Positions 27,881-42,455 of a stretch of 64,000 nt of DNA are shown piece after piece (within the stretch, counting starts at the first letter, position 1; each line of letters starts with the position of its first letter). Below the pieces are notes generated by a model. That model saw nothing but the letters and a program-made list of their open reading frames with translations. It was not told the DNA's origin and made no database searches. Position numbers and translations under genes: made by a program. The stretch comes from Chrysomallon squamiferum (lineage: Eukaryota; Animalia; Mollusca): positions 42,284,001-42,348,000 of the forward strand of contig CM022665.1 of NCBI GenBank assembly GCA_012295275.1. Reading direction: 5' to 3'.

Positions 27881-28098
27881 TCACTTCGATCCACGAACGC
27901 TGCCCGAGACTGCTCGCTGTTGACCATCTTCTGGACATCGCTCACAGACGCAATTTAATTAACCCGACAGAGACGGTGGGGGGAGGGCACTTAACGAATA
28001 TTACCCGGTATTACGGTACCATCGACATCACGTTCTGTGACGTTGTGTCCAGCGGCGAAACGTCGGTTCCAAGCAAAGACATCTGGCGTTAACAACAA

Positions 28099-28130
<32 letters not shown>

Positions 28131-28316
28131 GAAGACGAAGATAAAGAAGTAAAAAAGGCCGGTTGCAGTAGCCACACGGGACACATCACGTTTAGCCTCG
28201 ATCCGGCCAATTTTTTTTTTTTTTTTTTTTTTTTAATCACACGAGATTCTCAGTAGGAGGCTGACTTTTGACAAGTCCTATTATTTCGCTAACCGTTAGA
28301 CAAATTAGGCCATCCA

Positions 28317-28349
<33 letters not shown>

Positions 28350-29668
28350 TTTTTCTTTCTTTCTTTCTTAAATCTTTTGTTTTCGTTTCTCAGAACAAAG
28401 ATTTTTTTTTTTTTTATTATGTTGTAGTTGGTTGTTTTTGGGGGAGGGATTTTTTTTTATATATAGCTGTGGGATAGTAAAATGGGTTCAAGGTTGTTTT
28501 ATGAAATCCGTTATCGATTTTTATTGAAATAACTAAATAAATAAATAAATAATAATAATAAATACCTAACTAACTAAAGAAATAAAGAAAGAAATGAAAT
28601 GAAATGAAACTAAAATAAAATAATTAATAAATAAAAATAGGAAAAGAAAGAAATAACGAAACGGAAAAAAACACACAAAAAACAAAAAAACAACTAACAA
28701 CACAAAACAAAACAAACAAAGCAAATGAAGACCCAGAATTCAAATGATTGATAATTGTGTGAGAAACACGATTTGTGAAATAACAGAAATGAAGAATCAT
28801 TCTTTCGTGAAAATGTCTTCCAAAGACCGAGGTGTATGTAACATAATACATGAACACATTGTGCTTTGGTCATAAAAAAATTGTTTTAGTGTTACAGTGC
28901 AATAAATATTAAATAGAGTAAAATTAATTAATATTGACCGCCCAGCTAATGGATTTTTAAATAATTATTTGCAAGATACACGATAAAAACCCAAAATGAA
29001 AAAAAAATGAAAAAAAAAAAAAAATATATATAGAATTGGGTGGTGCTCTGATGACTGAGGTGGAACACACGTTGGTTTAAGAGGACGTAGTTTCACAGAT
29101 AGAAGCTTAATCGTAAAACCGCTCAAAATCATTACTTATATTATTTAATATTTGGAAATTTTGGGGGAATTTATACTTTAAATTTTACTTTCAGAATATT
29201 AAAAACAATATAATGTCACGATATATATAAATGATATGATATGATTATAATGATATTTATAATGTATGAAATTGTTCAGTTTAATGTTAAGCGATGTAAT
29301 ATAATACACAACAGAATATTTAACAATATAACAGTATAATAATGTAAATATAATCTATCGCTTTAACCACCGAACTACGGAGATAATACTTACGTATTTA
29401 CTAAGATACACGCGTTTTGTTTACGTCAGTGAAAATACTAGGACAGCTGACGTAATGATCGTAGCTATGTTATAAATTCCAGATACGCGCTGATAGCTGA
29501 TTTGTTTCAACTTGCGCAGTCCACGCTAGTTCTGAACACGTACATTGCGAGGGATAGGTGTCCTGGTTGGCTTCATTTATTTTCCTTCCAAACAAACCGT
29601 GATAAAAACTGGGAACGTCATTTCTAGGGTGAGGGGGGGGGGCATTCGCGTACGTCCTGGGTTTAAAA

Positions 29669-29724
<56 letters not shown>

Positions 29725-29777
29725 TAACAATGGTAAAAATAAATATATGGTTTTAGTTCCGGTATTGGTCGTACTTC

Positions 29778-29830
<53 letters not shown>

Positions 29831-29939
29831 GTTTGTGTGTGTAGAGTTAAATCTATCTTCCACATGCATCTTCTTTTTTTTTTAACCTACGGAATATACA
29901 AACAGATTCTGGCAAACATTCGAAATTCTTTCATCTTGT

Positions 29940-30175
29940 TTACTTCACTGTAGTGTATTATTTACTTAAATGTATGTCTTCTTAACTGTTGTTACTGTAG
30001 TATATAATTTGATTAAACGTATGTCTTCTTAACAGTTCTTATTGTAGTATATAATTAATTAATTAAATGTATGTCTACTTAACTTTCCTTACTGTAGTAT
30101 GTAATTTATTTAACTTAAATGTATGTCTACTTCACTGTTCTTACTGTAGTATATAATTAATTTTACTTAAATGTA
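29940..30175. repeat. ~45-50-bp AT-rich minisatellite, about 5 copies
   Basis: TTACTGTAGTAT..AATT..TTAAATGTATGTCT(A/T)CTT repeats in tandem. Confidence 0.85.
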
Positions 30176-30614
30176 CAAGAGGTTTAAAGTAACAGTTTAT
30201 GGTACAAACGTTTTATGATAAAGATAACAGAACATTTTTAATGTGAAACTGAGAGGCTTGAAATGTCCTTTTGCTTTTGTGTATGTCTGTATATACGTGG
30301 GTGTATTAGTATACAACTGTTGTTGTTGTTACTGTGGGGTTAGGATTATTTTTTTATTTTTTAATTTTCTCTTTCAATTTTTATTTTTATTTATTTTGTT
30401 TTTGTGTGTGTATATGTGGTGTGTGTTTGATACATACATACATACATACATATATATATATACACACACACACACATACATATATATATACATATATATA
30501 TATACACACACATACATACATACATGCTTACACACGTACATGCACACATACATAGATATAGATGTAGACATACACGCACACACACACGTACGCACACGCA
30601 CACACACGCATACA

Positions 30615-30780
30615 GGGTCTGCGCATGTCTGTTATTGCGCTTCCTGTCGCGGGTACAGTTCCGGTTGCTATGGCGGGTGATTCAAAACCAGAGATTCCAT
30701 TTCGTCTGTTGTCCTTCCCGCTTCATTCCTTGTGTGTTTCCACGTTCCGGGTTTTCTCTGACGAGTTAGTGGTTGTCTGT
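30615..30780. promoter_or_regulatory. Promoter/enhancer-like island with NRF1-like, ETS and RFX-like sites
   Basis: TGCGCATG 30620, CTTCCTG 30640, TTCCGG 30659, GTTGCTATGGCG 30664. Confidence 0.4.
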
Positions 30781-31332
30781 TCTCTTCGCAGTGTCTCCAC
30801 TTTCTGAATGATAACACTTTCATTTAGAGTTAATCTTCTTTATCTGCTGCTGAATCGTGTTTCGGTTTCCATAACGATTAACTCATGTCCTTCAGGTTGT
30901 ACCCTTCTTTCAATAAATCTTTTCTTGAAGCAGTCAACTTTTGATTACTTGAACAGTTTAGTATACGCTGATCTCAGCAATGATGTCGATAACTGTTTGT
31001 TAATATTCAAAACAGTGGAAATGTGATTCAGAAGATGAACTCCAGTTGTTGCTCGTAGAGATGTTAAAACCTCTGCGTCTGAAATTCAAATGACGAGTAT
31101 TTCTTATTGTCAGGCTGTTTATTCCAGGCAACTGACATCAGACAATGGATAAAAATTTACTGCAGTTCTAGGAACGTTTTATTTTTTATTTTTTTCATTA
31201 CGATAAAATTTTAATTTTTAGTAACTGGATAATTTCTTTAATTTCGTATGCAGTTATGAACGAAATCAATGTTTAGCCACCTGTGATCCAGATTTATTTA
31301 TTTAAACAGTTTGTGTATTATCATCATCATCG

Positions 31333-31393
<61 letters not shown>

Positions 31394-32493
31394 ATAAACA
31401 TAAAAATTATTTGTTGTTATGTAGGTGGTTCAGCAGTTTGGTTTTGTTCTAGACTCTTGCATACGGTTTAGAAACAAATCAAAATAGATTGTCCAAATTT
31501 TTATTTTCATTTTTTTAGATTAAAAATTATTTTACTCCCATAGCAAATTAATAATATAATAATATAATAATAGGTTTCTAACAAAATATTTATCTTATAT
31601 GTAAACCAACTAGATGCAAAGAAACAGTTAATTTAACTTGCTAAATTCCATTGTTTAATGTTCGAATCATCCACAAGCTGCAGTGAATATTAAGAATTAA
31701 ATAAAGTGAGAAAAAAAAAAAAAATTCTCTATTTTAGATCAGCTGGGAATCTTTTAGCTGTTAAATTATTTTAAGTAGTAGGAAACCTTCTACTTATCTG
31801 TCCGTCTTTCTTTTGTCTGTCTCTATTTTTATCTGTCTATCTATTCATCTGTGCATCTTTCTGTCTAAATATATGTTACATGCAAATATTTAAAAAAAAC
31901 ATTAATAATAATAATAATAACAACAATATCAATAGTAATAAGAATATCAACAACGTCAACAATACTACCACTAATAATAATAAAATCCGCCTCATGAATT
32001 ATTGAGGACGTAATAAAATTAATATCAAACTTTATTATTAACATCTGTGATACAAACGAATTTAAAAATCGCGTTCTTGTACACAAAACGCGTTGTGTTT
32101 ATTTGTTCGTACCCGCTGAAGAACACGCTTTAGAAAGGTCCCAGAATTCGTTTCTCTCAAAGTTTAAAGTTACTTGCATACAAACACTGTTCCCTGTTTC
32201 ACCACCTCTATTTACAGTACTCAGTGTTACGGAACTGAAACATGAGCAACCACAAAATCTTAAGCTGCCATTACAAAGACTCTTCATCGTGTATTTAATG
32301 CACATCGTTTTCCAACTGTCATTTCTGTGAAAGCACTGACTGCAGTCGTTGCATCTCTAATAAATACTCTATTTTTTATTTTTTTTTTATTATTATTATT
32401 TTTTTTTTTTTTTTTTTTAAATAACCTTTTCAATAAACCTATGAAGATTGTCTCAAATTAAAATGACATGTACCGTACCATGCAAATAAATTT

Positions 32494-32531
<38 letters not shown>

Positions 32532-32901
32532 AGTCTTTTTAGAAGGTGTTGGGTTTGTTTAAAGAAATAAAATATAATGAATATGATTTGAGCAAACAAT
32601 ATATTCTTCATAAATAACCAATGCCGGCGTCGTGTGTGTTTGATTAAGTACATGATTTTCTTATAATGTCACAAAGCGTGAAAAACTATGATTTTTATAG
32701 AGTCTCATTTCACACGAGCACTGGGCGACCAGTGATGGTGAAGATAGAATCTGAAAAGAAAAAAAAAAAAGTAATTCACTGAAGGAATGTTATGCTGACA
32801 GTGCGGTGGATCTTAGGATCGATTCGCCGTAACTGAATAATTACATTTTTATGTTACTTTTCAGTTCTAAAATAGTTCTTATTTTAATGGAAACTGTATA
32901 T

Positions 32902-32981
<80 letters not shown>

Positions 32982-34221
32982 GTGTGTGTATGCGCACATA
33001 TGTATGAATTATGCTAATTATTTAAACTATATTAACCCTAAAATTCCCTCTATTTTTCAGTACCTCAGTAATCATAAAAATCGATATAGGAAGTTAAAAA
33101 AAAAAAAGAAAAAGAAAATTACAAGAAAGAAAAAAGATAACATCAAACGGCAAAGATAAATAAACAGTGGTCTGAGACCATCACTATCAAGTTATTAACA
33201 ATACAATGAACGAACTCGGCCGCTGAACCGGACACAGAGCAAGACACCAATCCGGACGCAAATCTATTAGGACTGCATTAGACCTTATTTACCATCTGTA
33301 GTGCAAGGGAAATAGCCTGATCACTCTCCGGCCGCCATGATTGCAGTCTTTTGTGGCAAAACTACATTAAAAAAGCTTCTTTTTTTTTTTTTTATTCCAC
33401 GATAATTTTTATGCCAGCTCGCGCCAAACCAGATTGTTAACTGTCCACTGGTCAACAGAATAACCATCAAGTTGTCGCAAATGATGGTCAAAATTGTATG
33501 GACAAGAGAAAGTCGCACCGCCCTATTCAGGATATAATGATAGACGTATAAAGAACACATTACTTAGGGACGAGAGGGGAGACGAAGAAAAAAAAAAAAT
33601 AATAATGACTTTTTTATTCTTCGTCGTTTTAGTGGGTGAATCGCGACTATCAGCCGAATCTTAATTTGATAGCAGTGGACGTCGAGCTGGACTTAATTAA
33701 TTTTCTCGCCTTCGTGTGAAGGGTCGTGCACCAAAACACGACTCGATCATTTTGTGCTCGGGTTTTCTTGTTTTTTTCTTCTTCTTGTTTAATAGTGAGA
33801 TTAGCTTTTGCGACTTGAATGGAGAATTTAGAAGAAGTGTGGAACCATTTGAGATGTTAAATCGTTTGACGCTTCGCGTGTGAACAAATGTGCTGGCCGT
33901 GTGGCGTGCAGTATAGTGTTTATTATACTGAGAAACACTAAAACAGCACATCTAATGACGTAGGGGGGAAATTAAAATAATAATGTTGTAGACTGTTTTG
34001 AAAAAATGTTTTTTTTTTAAAATTATATTGATTTTGAAAGAATATTTTATGCGAGTTGTTTGAGATAAAATAAATAAAAAGACTGAAGATTAGTGTTTTA
34101 GATAGATGAACAGAAATGATAAACAACTGAACATAAATAAATATGTATGTATGAACTATTTAATTAACTAATTAATTATATAGTAGTTAGTAGTAGCAGT
34201 AATAGTAGTAGTAGTAGTAGC

Positions 34222-34252
<31 letters not shown>

Positions 34253-34300
34253 ATGTTGTTGTTGTTGTTACTATTGTATTAATATTGTTATTATTAATAC

Positions 34301-34355
<55 letters not shown>

Positions 34356-35198
34356 TTTTATAGCTTGAAAGAACAGAAAAGAAAAGAAATAATTAATTTT
34401 CAGAAGAAAAAATCTACAGAATTCCATTAATGATCTATATGCAAGTATGTGTATATAAAATAAATAAAATTTATTGAAAAACTAAAGTTTTCAGTTTGTT
34501 TTCCTGGTGTGTTTTATTATTACCAAACTTTATTGTCATAAAAGATTGGCTGCCAGTTTATTAATAAACAATTACCGGAAAATATTCGATTTGTAATAAT
34601 CATTTCCTACTAACAATACATGTAGCTTTTTAAAATAAATACAATTAATTTTATTATTAAGTGTCAGAAAATAATACTTACACAATTCAGTAAGCTATAT
34701 AATTAATCTATCTTTAATTAAAAGTTGTTTTTTAATATATAACTGTCAGAGATTGTTTGTTGTTTTGTTGTTGTTTCCGATTATCAAAGCTTTGATGTCC
34801 AAGAACCGCTGACAGAAATTAAATAAATCTAATTTAATGGCGAATTATTATTTCACTGACGAATTGTTATGTTATTTCTTCTTTTTTTTAATAAAATATG
34901 TCTGAGTATTGTTTAACAGGCTTTCCTTTCCATTCTGCAAAACTGATATTAAAATTGAGAATTGTCTGGTACGTGACGTCCTAAATATACCAACGAGACA
35001 CTGCCAAGACTGGAAGAAACACGTTCACAACACAACAGATCGTTGTTCACAATTCTTTCATAATAATAACATTACCGAAACATCACAAATTAGCTAGTGT
35101 TTAAGTTTTTGCCTCTTATTCTCGTTGAATAGACTTAAAATTAACATTTTTTTTTTTTTTTTTCACTGTCCGTTTTTCTTTTCTGTCGATTCTGAAAG

Positions 35199-35239
<41 letters not shown>

Positions 35240-35343
35240 GCAATAATCTCATTAGAAAAAATTAGTTTTCCAAGCTGACAAAAGGCCACATGTTAACAGA
35301 CTTTGTCCTGCAAAAAGCCAAGGTTCTTGGTAACTTTAAACGC

Positions 35344-35359
35344 TGCTGCCCTCTGGTAA
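35344..35359 (-). promoter_or_regulatory. CTCF-like motif
   Basis: Minus strand TTACCAGAGGGCAGCA matches the CCAGAGGGCAGC core but lacks the leading CC of the consensus. Confidence 0.25.
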
Positions 35360-35708
35360 CTCGAAGTTGATTGTATCGTCAAGATTTATTGTGAACTTCT
35401 TTTAAAAAGAAATAATTTCCGGCGACCATATTGATTGGAATCGATTTCAACCTGGAGAGATTATGAAGTTTGTTGTAGCTGTAGGCGGCCAAACTACTAC
35501 AACTACCCCACTGTTTTAATGACCCCTGGTCAGGCAATAATAAATGATGATTATTATTATTATTATTATTATGGCTTGAGGGTCAGTGGGGAAATGAAAT
35601 CAGGCCAGAAGAGTACGAATAATGTCCAGTAAATGACCACTGGAGTAATGTCTATATCTACTCGTGTATGTAGACACAGGGAGAGCCTCGCTGCATATAC
35701 ACCATTCT

Positions 35709-35798
<90 letters not shown>

Positions 35799-38000
35799 TG
35801 AAGTAATTATGGATTTTCTGGCAAAGTTTTCAAGTGAAAATAAAACAAAGTATTTCCAATATTCCAGTGTAGATTTGTATTCTTCTCTTTTTTTCTTTCT
35901 ATAATTCTCTTTGATTAGTTTTCTTTTTTCTGTCTTTCCTTAGCTTTTTTTTTATTTGTATGTGTCTGTGTGTTATTAGTCTTACTTTTCTCCTTCTTAA
36001 GAAACAAAAAGACAAAACGTTAAAGATGAGTTTTGCAGTTGAGATACTTTCTTGTATTTTTATTATAAGCCTATTTTATTATTACTTTCTTGAAGATGTT
36101 TTGTAGCGGTACATAAAAGTAGCAAAACAACCTGTCACATGCTTTATAACATATGCACCTTTTCATTTTCTTTTGAATTCTTTTTAACGGTTTTAAAACT
36201 TGTATGCGGTTACTTTCTTTTCATCCTCTGGGTTCTGTTCTTTCTTCTTCATTTTCTTCTTTTTTTTTTTTTTTTTTTACGTTCTTTAACAATTCCATCT
36301 TTAAGATCGCCCATGATGTACAGACATTCTTCATCTTGGAAACGAGGTTATCAAAAATGGCGTTCTATTGAAGTTCGTTTTCAGTGGTAAACACACTGAC
36401 GGTCATTGTTGGTCACTTTGTCGAATAAAAATAAGTTTGCATACAGCAGGAAACTGGACAAAGGTTTCCCCGATGTTGCTGACCAATAAACAGCGTCATT
36501 GTCCGACTGTTGGCATGGTGTGGTGTTGTGGACATAGGTTATTCATTTGTACTTCCGATATTACGATTACTGCGGTAACTGATCTCTTCCGGTCACTTGA
36601 AACTGCACGTCCAAGGTCAGCAGATGAGATTTTTCCTCACCTGTAGTTAAATAACGTCTCTGTGCTTGACAAACAGACAGGTGGAAGGTCATATAAACCG
36701 ATTTAATGAATTAAATATCTGTGTACGTATGTGTGTCTGTCGACTCGAAAAGGTGCGTGTTTATTCGATGTATGTCAGTCATCAATGTGTGATTGTATTT
36801 GTTTGTAGATATATAAAATATATATATATATATATTTAAACTGCTGATCAATGTTTGTGTGTGTGACTGATCGTGTGTGCGTGCACTGGTTTGTTGTATT
36901 TGTATCTTCTATGTACATGAATATGAAAGAATCGATAAAACAGTGAGGGAAGACTTTCTGAAGCGAAAAAAAAAGAAATTTTAGCTTATTATTTAATCGT
37001 TTTCATCCTTTCTCTTTCCCATTCTGTCACCTTTGTGATCCTTTTTTTTCTTTCTTCCTTTTTCTTTAATTTTTTTTGATTCCCTTTTCTTCTGCTCAAA
37101 CACGACAGATTTATTAAAAACTGATTAACATGCTATAATTGTTAACATTAAACGTATCAAAGCGTCTTTATACCTTTTATTCATTAATTTATTCATTGTC
37201 TCGTTTTCAAAAGCACAATTATCTTTTTAAAAAAAATGGACGATTCCAAAAAACAAACCAGTCCATATTCGCGAAAGTAAAAACAAGTTTTAAAAACAAC
37301 AACATCAACAACAAATTAAAAAGAAAAAAAAAAAGAAATTAAAATTAAAAAACAACCCTAAACAAAAGAGGCCACAGTGGGCGGAGACTTCGTATTTTTC
37401 CGGCCACTTACTCCCGATACGTGAAACTTTTCTATTTTTTTATTTTTATTTTTAGTCGTCTGCATAAATTAACTGCGCCTGCGGTTGCGCGCATTGTTAA
37501 TACAACTGTCCAAACGGCAGGTGATATTATCATAATGTTCGCCTAACCATACTCGAAGCAGAGGTAAAAGAATATTTATTGCTAACCGTGTTTTAAATGT
37601 GTGCATTCATTATCATCATTTGGCGAGACAGGGCTGAAGCACAAGCTGTTACAAGCAAAACACAAACTGCTCTAAATGTCAACAATTAACCGCTATTAAA
37701 CGACCAAATGGTTCGCGATGCGGCTATGTAGTTATGTTGTACATAGGAATGAAAATGGCGTTATTTGTCGTTCGAGAGAAAGTTTAATCAGCACGAACGT
37801 TCGTCTGGCTTACATTTTCGCAGTCATAGCGTTCATTCCCCCCCCCACCTTCATCCCCGTTCCTTCACATATGTTTAATTTTAAATGTATAATAATAATA
37901 ATAATAATAATTATAAAAAGAAAATTAATTAATAAATAACGACTAAAACTACTACCATAACTTCAACTTTTTCAACTACTGCTACTATTGCTGCAGTTTT

Positions 38001-38050
<50 letters not shown>

Positions 38051-38342
38051 TACTATTATTATTATTATAATGCCGGTTATTATTATAATTATTATTATTA
38101 TTATTATTATTATGAAATCATATAAACATCTTCATCATCATCATTATTATATTAGCAAATGGTAGATTGTAAAAAAAAAAAATTAAAAATTTAAAAAATG
38201 GAATAGTTTCGAAACATATCAATATTTGACATTTATTATCTTTTTATATTCTTGAAGCTGTGGACTTCAAAACATTTCAGAGCCATAATGTGCAGAAATA
38301 TATTAACAATGTTTTATGAAATATACGTAAAAAAAACGAGTT

Positions 38343-38441
<99 letters not shown>

Positions 38442-39719
38442 GTAAGAGTTATGTACCAGAGACCATGTTATTATCATAATAATCAGATATTACGAATAAA
38501 ATAATTTTTCTTTCACCCATCCCAAATTGTGAACAATTGAAAAACGTTAACTGAAATAAAAAGGAAAAAGTTTTCAAATATTCAGTTACCTGACATTGTG
38601 TGCTTTCTGACATCTCTGTTACACGGTAAACAATAGCTGCAGGTGATTACGACGTAGTAATTTTGAATATCATTCAAAGCTAGTTACATGACTCACAGAA
38701 TATTTATAGATAGGTCAAACGTGTTAGCATTTGACGTAATCACATCGGTTGTGTGTGTGTGTGTGTGTGTGTCTGATTAAATATAATTAATTATATATGT
38801 ATGTGTGTGCGAGTGTGTGTGTGTTTGTGTGTGAGTGTGTGTGTTTGTGTGTGTGCGTCTGATTAAATATAATTAATTATATTTAAATATATGTGTGTGT
38901 GTTTGTGTGTGAGTGTGTGTTTGTGTGTGTGTATGTGTGTGTGTGTGTTTCCTTTCTTTACGTTTATTTTTTTCTGTCATAAACCTTCAGAACTTCAGAA
39001 CATTAACACTGTAGTTTACATTCAAGATAATTAATATTTATTATTTAGAATCATTAATTAAAATATGAATCTTTGTCAGTTTATCTCTGTGTGTGTGTGT
39101 GTGTGTGTGTTCACGTTACAGTCTGCCGGTTACTGCTGATCTCTCTCTCCTGTAACAATTGTATCTGTTACACACTTGATGATGTTTGACGTAAAGCTGC
39201 TCTTTACTGTGTACATTTTCTCTCTGATAACACAACAACAACAACAACAACAACAAAAACTAATAAAAAATATTTTAAAAAACTACACACTTAAATTTCT
39301 CATCCTTCGCAACTAACCCAACACTTTTTCCTACTAACACACTTTATACCCTCTTCCTGTCCTCTTTTACACACACACACTCGCACGCACACGCGCGCGC
39401 GTTTATGAACCAAGTTTAAATATTGATATACTTCATCAACACTCTGAAGTAATCGTTTTATAATGGTAGTTGAAAATATCTGCTTTTTTTTTTTTGTCAG
39501 CTTCATTTATATTAAGTGACTGCTAAATATATTTATTATTACGTCATGAAAGTTCAAAAGAAATCTGTTTTTATAAATTTTCAAATAAGCCCATCGATCA
39601 TTAAGGCGACAAATACGTATTATGCAACTACAACAGCATACTACATTGTCAACAACGTCGTTTGCATTGTCACGTTGCCTAAGCTTGCAAATGATTGCCG
39701 CCTCTTCAAAAGTCTTGAG

Positions 39720-40120
39720 TGAAAAGAGGAGGCTCGAACGTGTCAAAATCAGTATCCCATAACAACAGAACCACTCAGCCGTAGCAAAGCTGCGACCACC
39801 TGCCCTCCGCCCTTTTCCCTGGGGGCTTCTCTCACGATGGCCCGGGATAACCCCTCTCTTTGCTTAGCGGAGGACAAGGTCACAACGCGGTCACGGCTCA
39901 TCGTCTGCCCGAGCTAAGTTACCAATGGTTACGATAGCCCGCAGACGATAATGGCATAGCATCTTCTGCTTCATCCTAGACCCGACAAAAACAAGGTCAT
40001 AGGTCAGCAGGTGGCCCTTTCAGCTTACGTCACTCGGACCAACATGCGCCGTTCTTAGACACGAGGTCTGTTGACAACTATTGTGCAAACCAGGCGTCAG
40101 ACTCCGCTATTAGCCAATAC
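39720..40120. promoter_or_regulatory. GC-rich enhancer-like island with nuclear receptor DR1
   Basis: AGGTCA-T-AGGTCA 39994-40006, CAAGGTCA ~39875, CAGGTG ~40008, TTACGTCA 40025, and an inverted ATCGTCTGC/GCAGACGAT pair at 39900-39949. Confidence 0.5.
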
Positions 40121-41086
40121 CGATTTTTTTCAAATAATAACTCTTTTAATAAGAGTGGTTTGCAGATCAATTGAAAACTTATAATGGGGTGGATTTGAGT
40201 GGCGATGGGATTGCGCACAAAGTATTACATAGCCCCAGGGTCGAACCCTAATGGATACCCGAAACCCTCCGTGGACCGTGGTATTGTCGGGACAGGGGGA
40301 TTAACAAGGACCCTACAATTTTCTCACCTTTTTTTTTTTTTTTTTTTTTTTTGATTCGATGTCGTAAATAACTGAGAAATATTGCACAATAAACGACTCG
40401 TGGTTTGAAAATCAAATGAGTGGCAAAACAGAGAGAGCGAGGAAAAAAAAAATAATAATAATAAAAAGACATGAAAGAAAGCGAAGAGGTGTACAATTTT
40501 CATAAATTCATTTAAAAAAAATATGACAATGAAGTGATTTTTTATTTAAAATCCCTCATTGAATGTTATTAACGTACTGGAGATGTTACTTCGAAATTAA
40601 GAAATATTAAAATAAATAAATAAAGTAATTAATTAATTTAATTAATTAATTAATTAATTTTATTTAAATTAAATAAATAAATATGCAACATTTATTTTTA
40701 TTTTCATTAAGCAAAACACATTATCTCACAGATACTGTTTAAATATTAATTGTTAATTTAAGAGGAATACTTCTCGTATATTAATAGCAAAATATTATGA
40801 AAATTTAAACCTTTAAGAACTACTCCTAAATATATAATTATAGCCTCTTATAGACGGATGGCGTTATTACAAGTTCCCTCAAGAACCGTCATTATCTCAT
40901 AATTATTTTAAAATAAAAAATAAATAACATTGTATCACTCTCGTCTGCTCGCAAGCGATGCACGTGCCCCGTTTCCAAGACAACGTAACGCGCGAATCAC
41001 TCGAATTTCTTGGATTAATAAATGATTACATTCACTACACGTAACAACAAAAAGGTATTTAATAATCTAGTTTGTCGTCTTTCTTA

Positions 41087-41117
<31 letters not shown>

Positions 41118-41278
41118 ATATTTATTACTGACTATTAATTAATCTTGTTAGGGAATGTTGGTGCATTATTTGTTTATTATAAATATATATATATATTAAA
41201 AAATAATAATAAATAGACTAATTAATTAATTAATTAATAATAACAATAATAATGCCATTTATTTTACAGGAATTATTG

Positions 41279-41323
<45 letters not shown>

Positions 41324-42401
41324 GTTGTTGTTGTTGTTGTTGTTGTTACTGTTGTAGCTGGAGTTGGTAGATGTTGTTGCTGTTTCTATATGGTTGATGT
41401 TGTTCAGTAATGTAAACATATAAAAAAATATTACTATTACCACTACTACTACTACTATTACTATTACTATTACTATTATTATTATTATTATCATTATCAT
41501 CATCATCATTATTTTATCATCGTCATCGTCATCGTCATCATCATCATTATTATAAACAGGTTTGTATTATAATTATTATTAAATTAAAATATATATATAT
41601 ATTTTTTTATGAATGGCTTTTTTATTCTTACTAATATTCATTTATTTCCATTTAAACATTTCATTTTAATTGTTATATATTCTTTTTACTTTATCATTAT
41701 TTTAGAAATATTTTAATTCTGTTGTCTTAAAATAATTTATTACTGTTACTCCTGTGTATTTATTAATGTTATATGTTTTAGTAAATTTAATTCTTAGTAA
41801 TTTCAAATATTTTTATTACGATAATTTTAATATTATTAATATGAATGTCTTTAAACATTTTCATATATTATTATTATTATTATATTTAAAAAAAAAAAAA
41901 TGTATTGCTATCATTATTTTAACTTTTTAATATTTTGATATAAATAACTAGAGAAATAAAAAAAAAAAAAACACCTCTCCGCCCCCAAAAATAAATAAAA
42001 CATTAGAAATGAGTCATATAGTTTATCTTTGTTTTATTAGCAGTAGTAGAATAATTGTTATTGTTACTGTTGTTATTATTAGTAGTAACAATAGTAGTAG
42101 TAGTAGTACTAATAGTAGTATCTATAACAGTAGCAGTAATAACAGTAATAGTTGAGATACTAGAAATGGTAGTAGCATTAGTGGACATCGTAAAAGTAGT
42201 AGAAGTACTAGTAGTAGTAGTAATAGTAGAAGTAGTTGTAGTAGTAGAAGTATTGAAAGTAGTTTTATTCGTTATTTAATCATTTATTTCCTTTTTAGTA
42301 TTATTATTATTATTATTATTATTATTTTTTTTTTTTTTTTTAAACATTATTTGTAAATATATCAACATAACCTCTTTTGCATACACCCAACCTCCTTCTC
42401 T

Positions 42402-42455
<54 letters not shown>

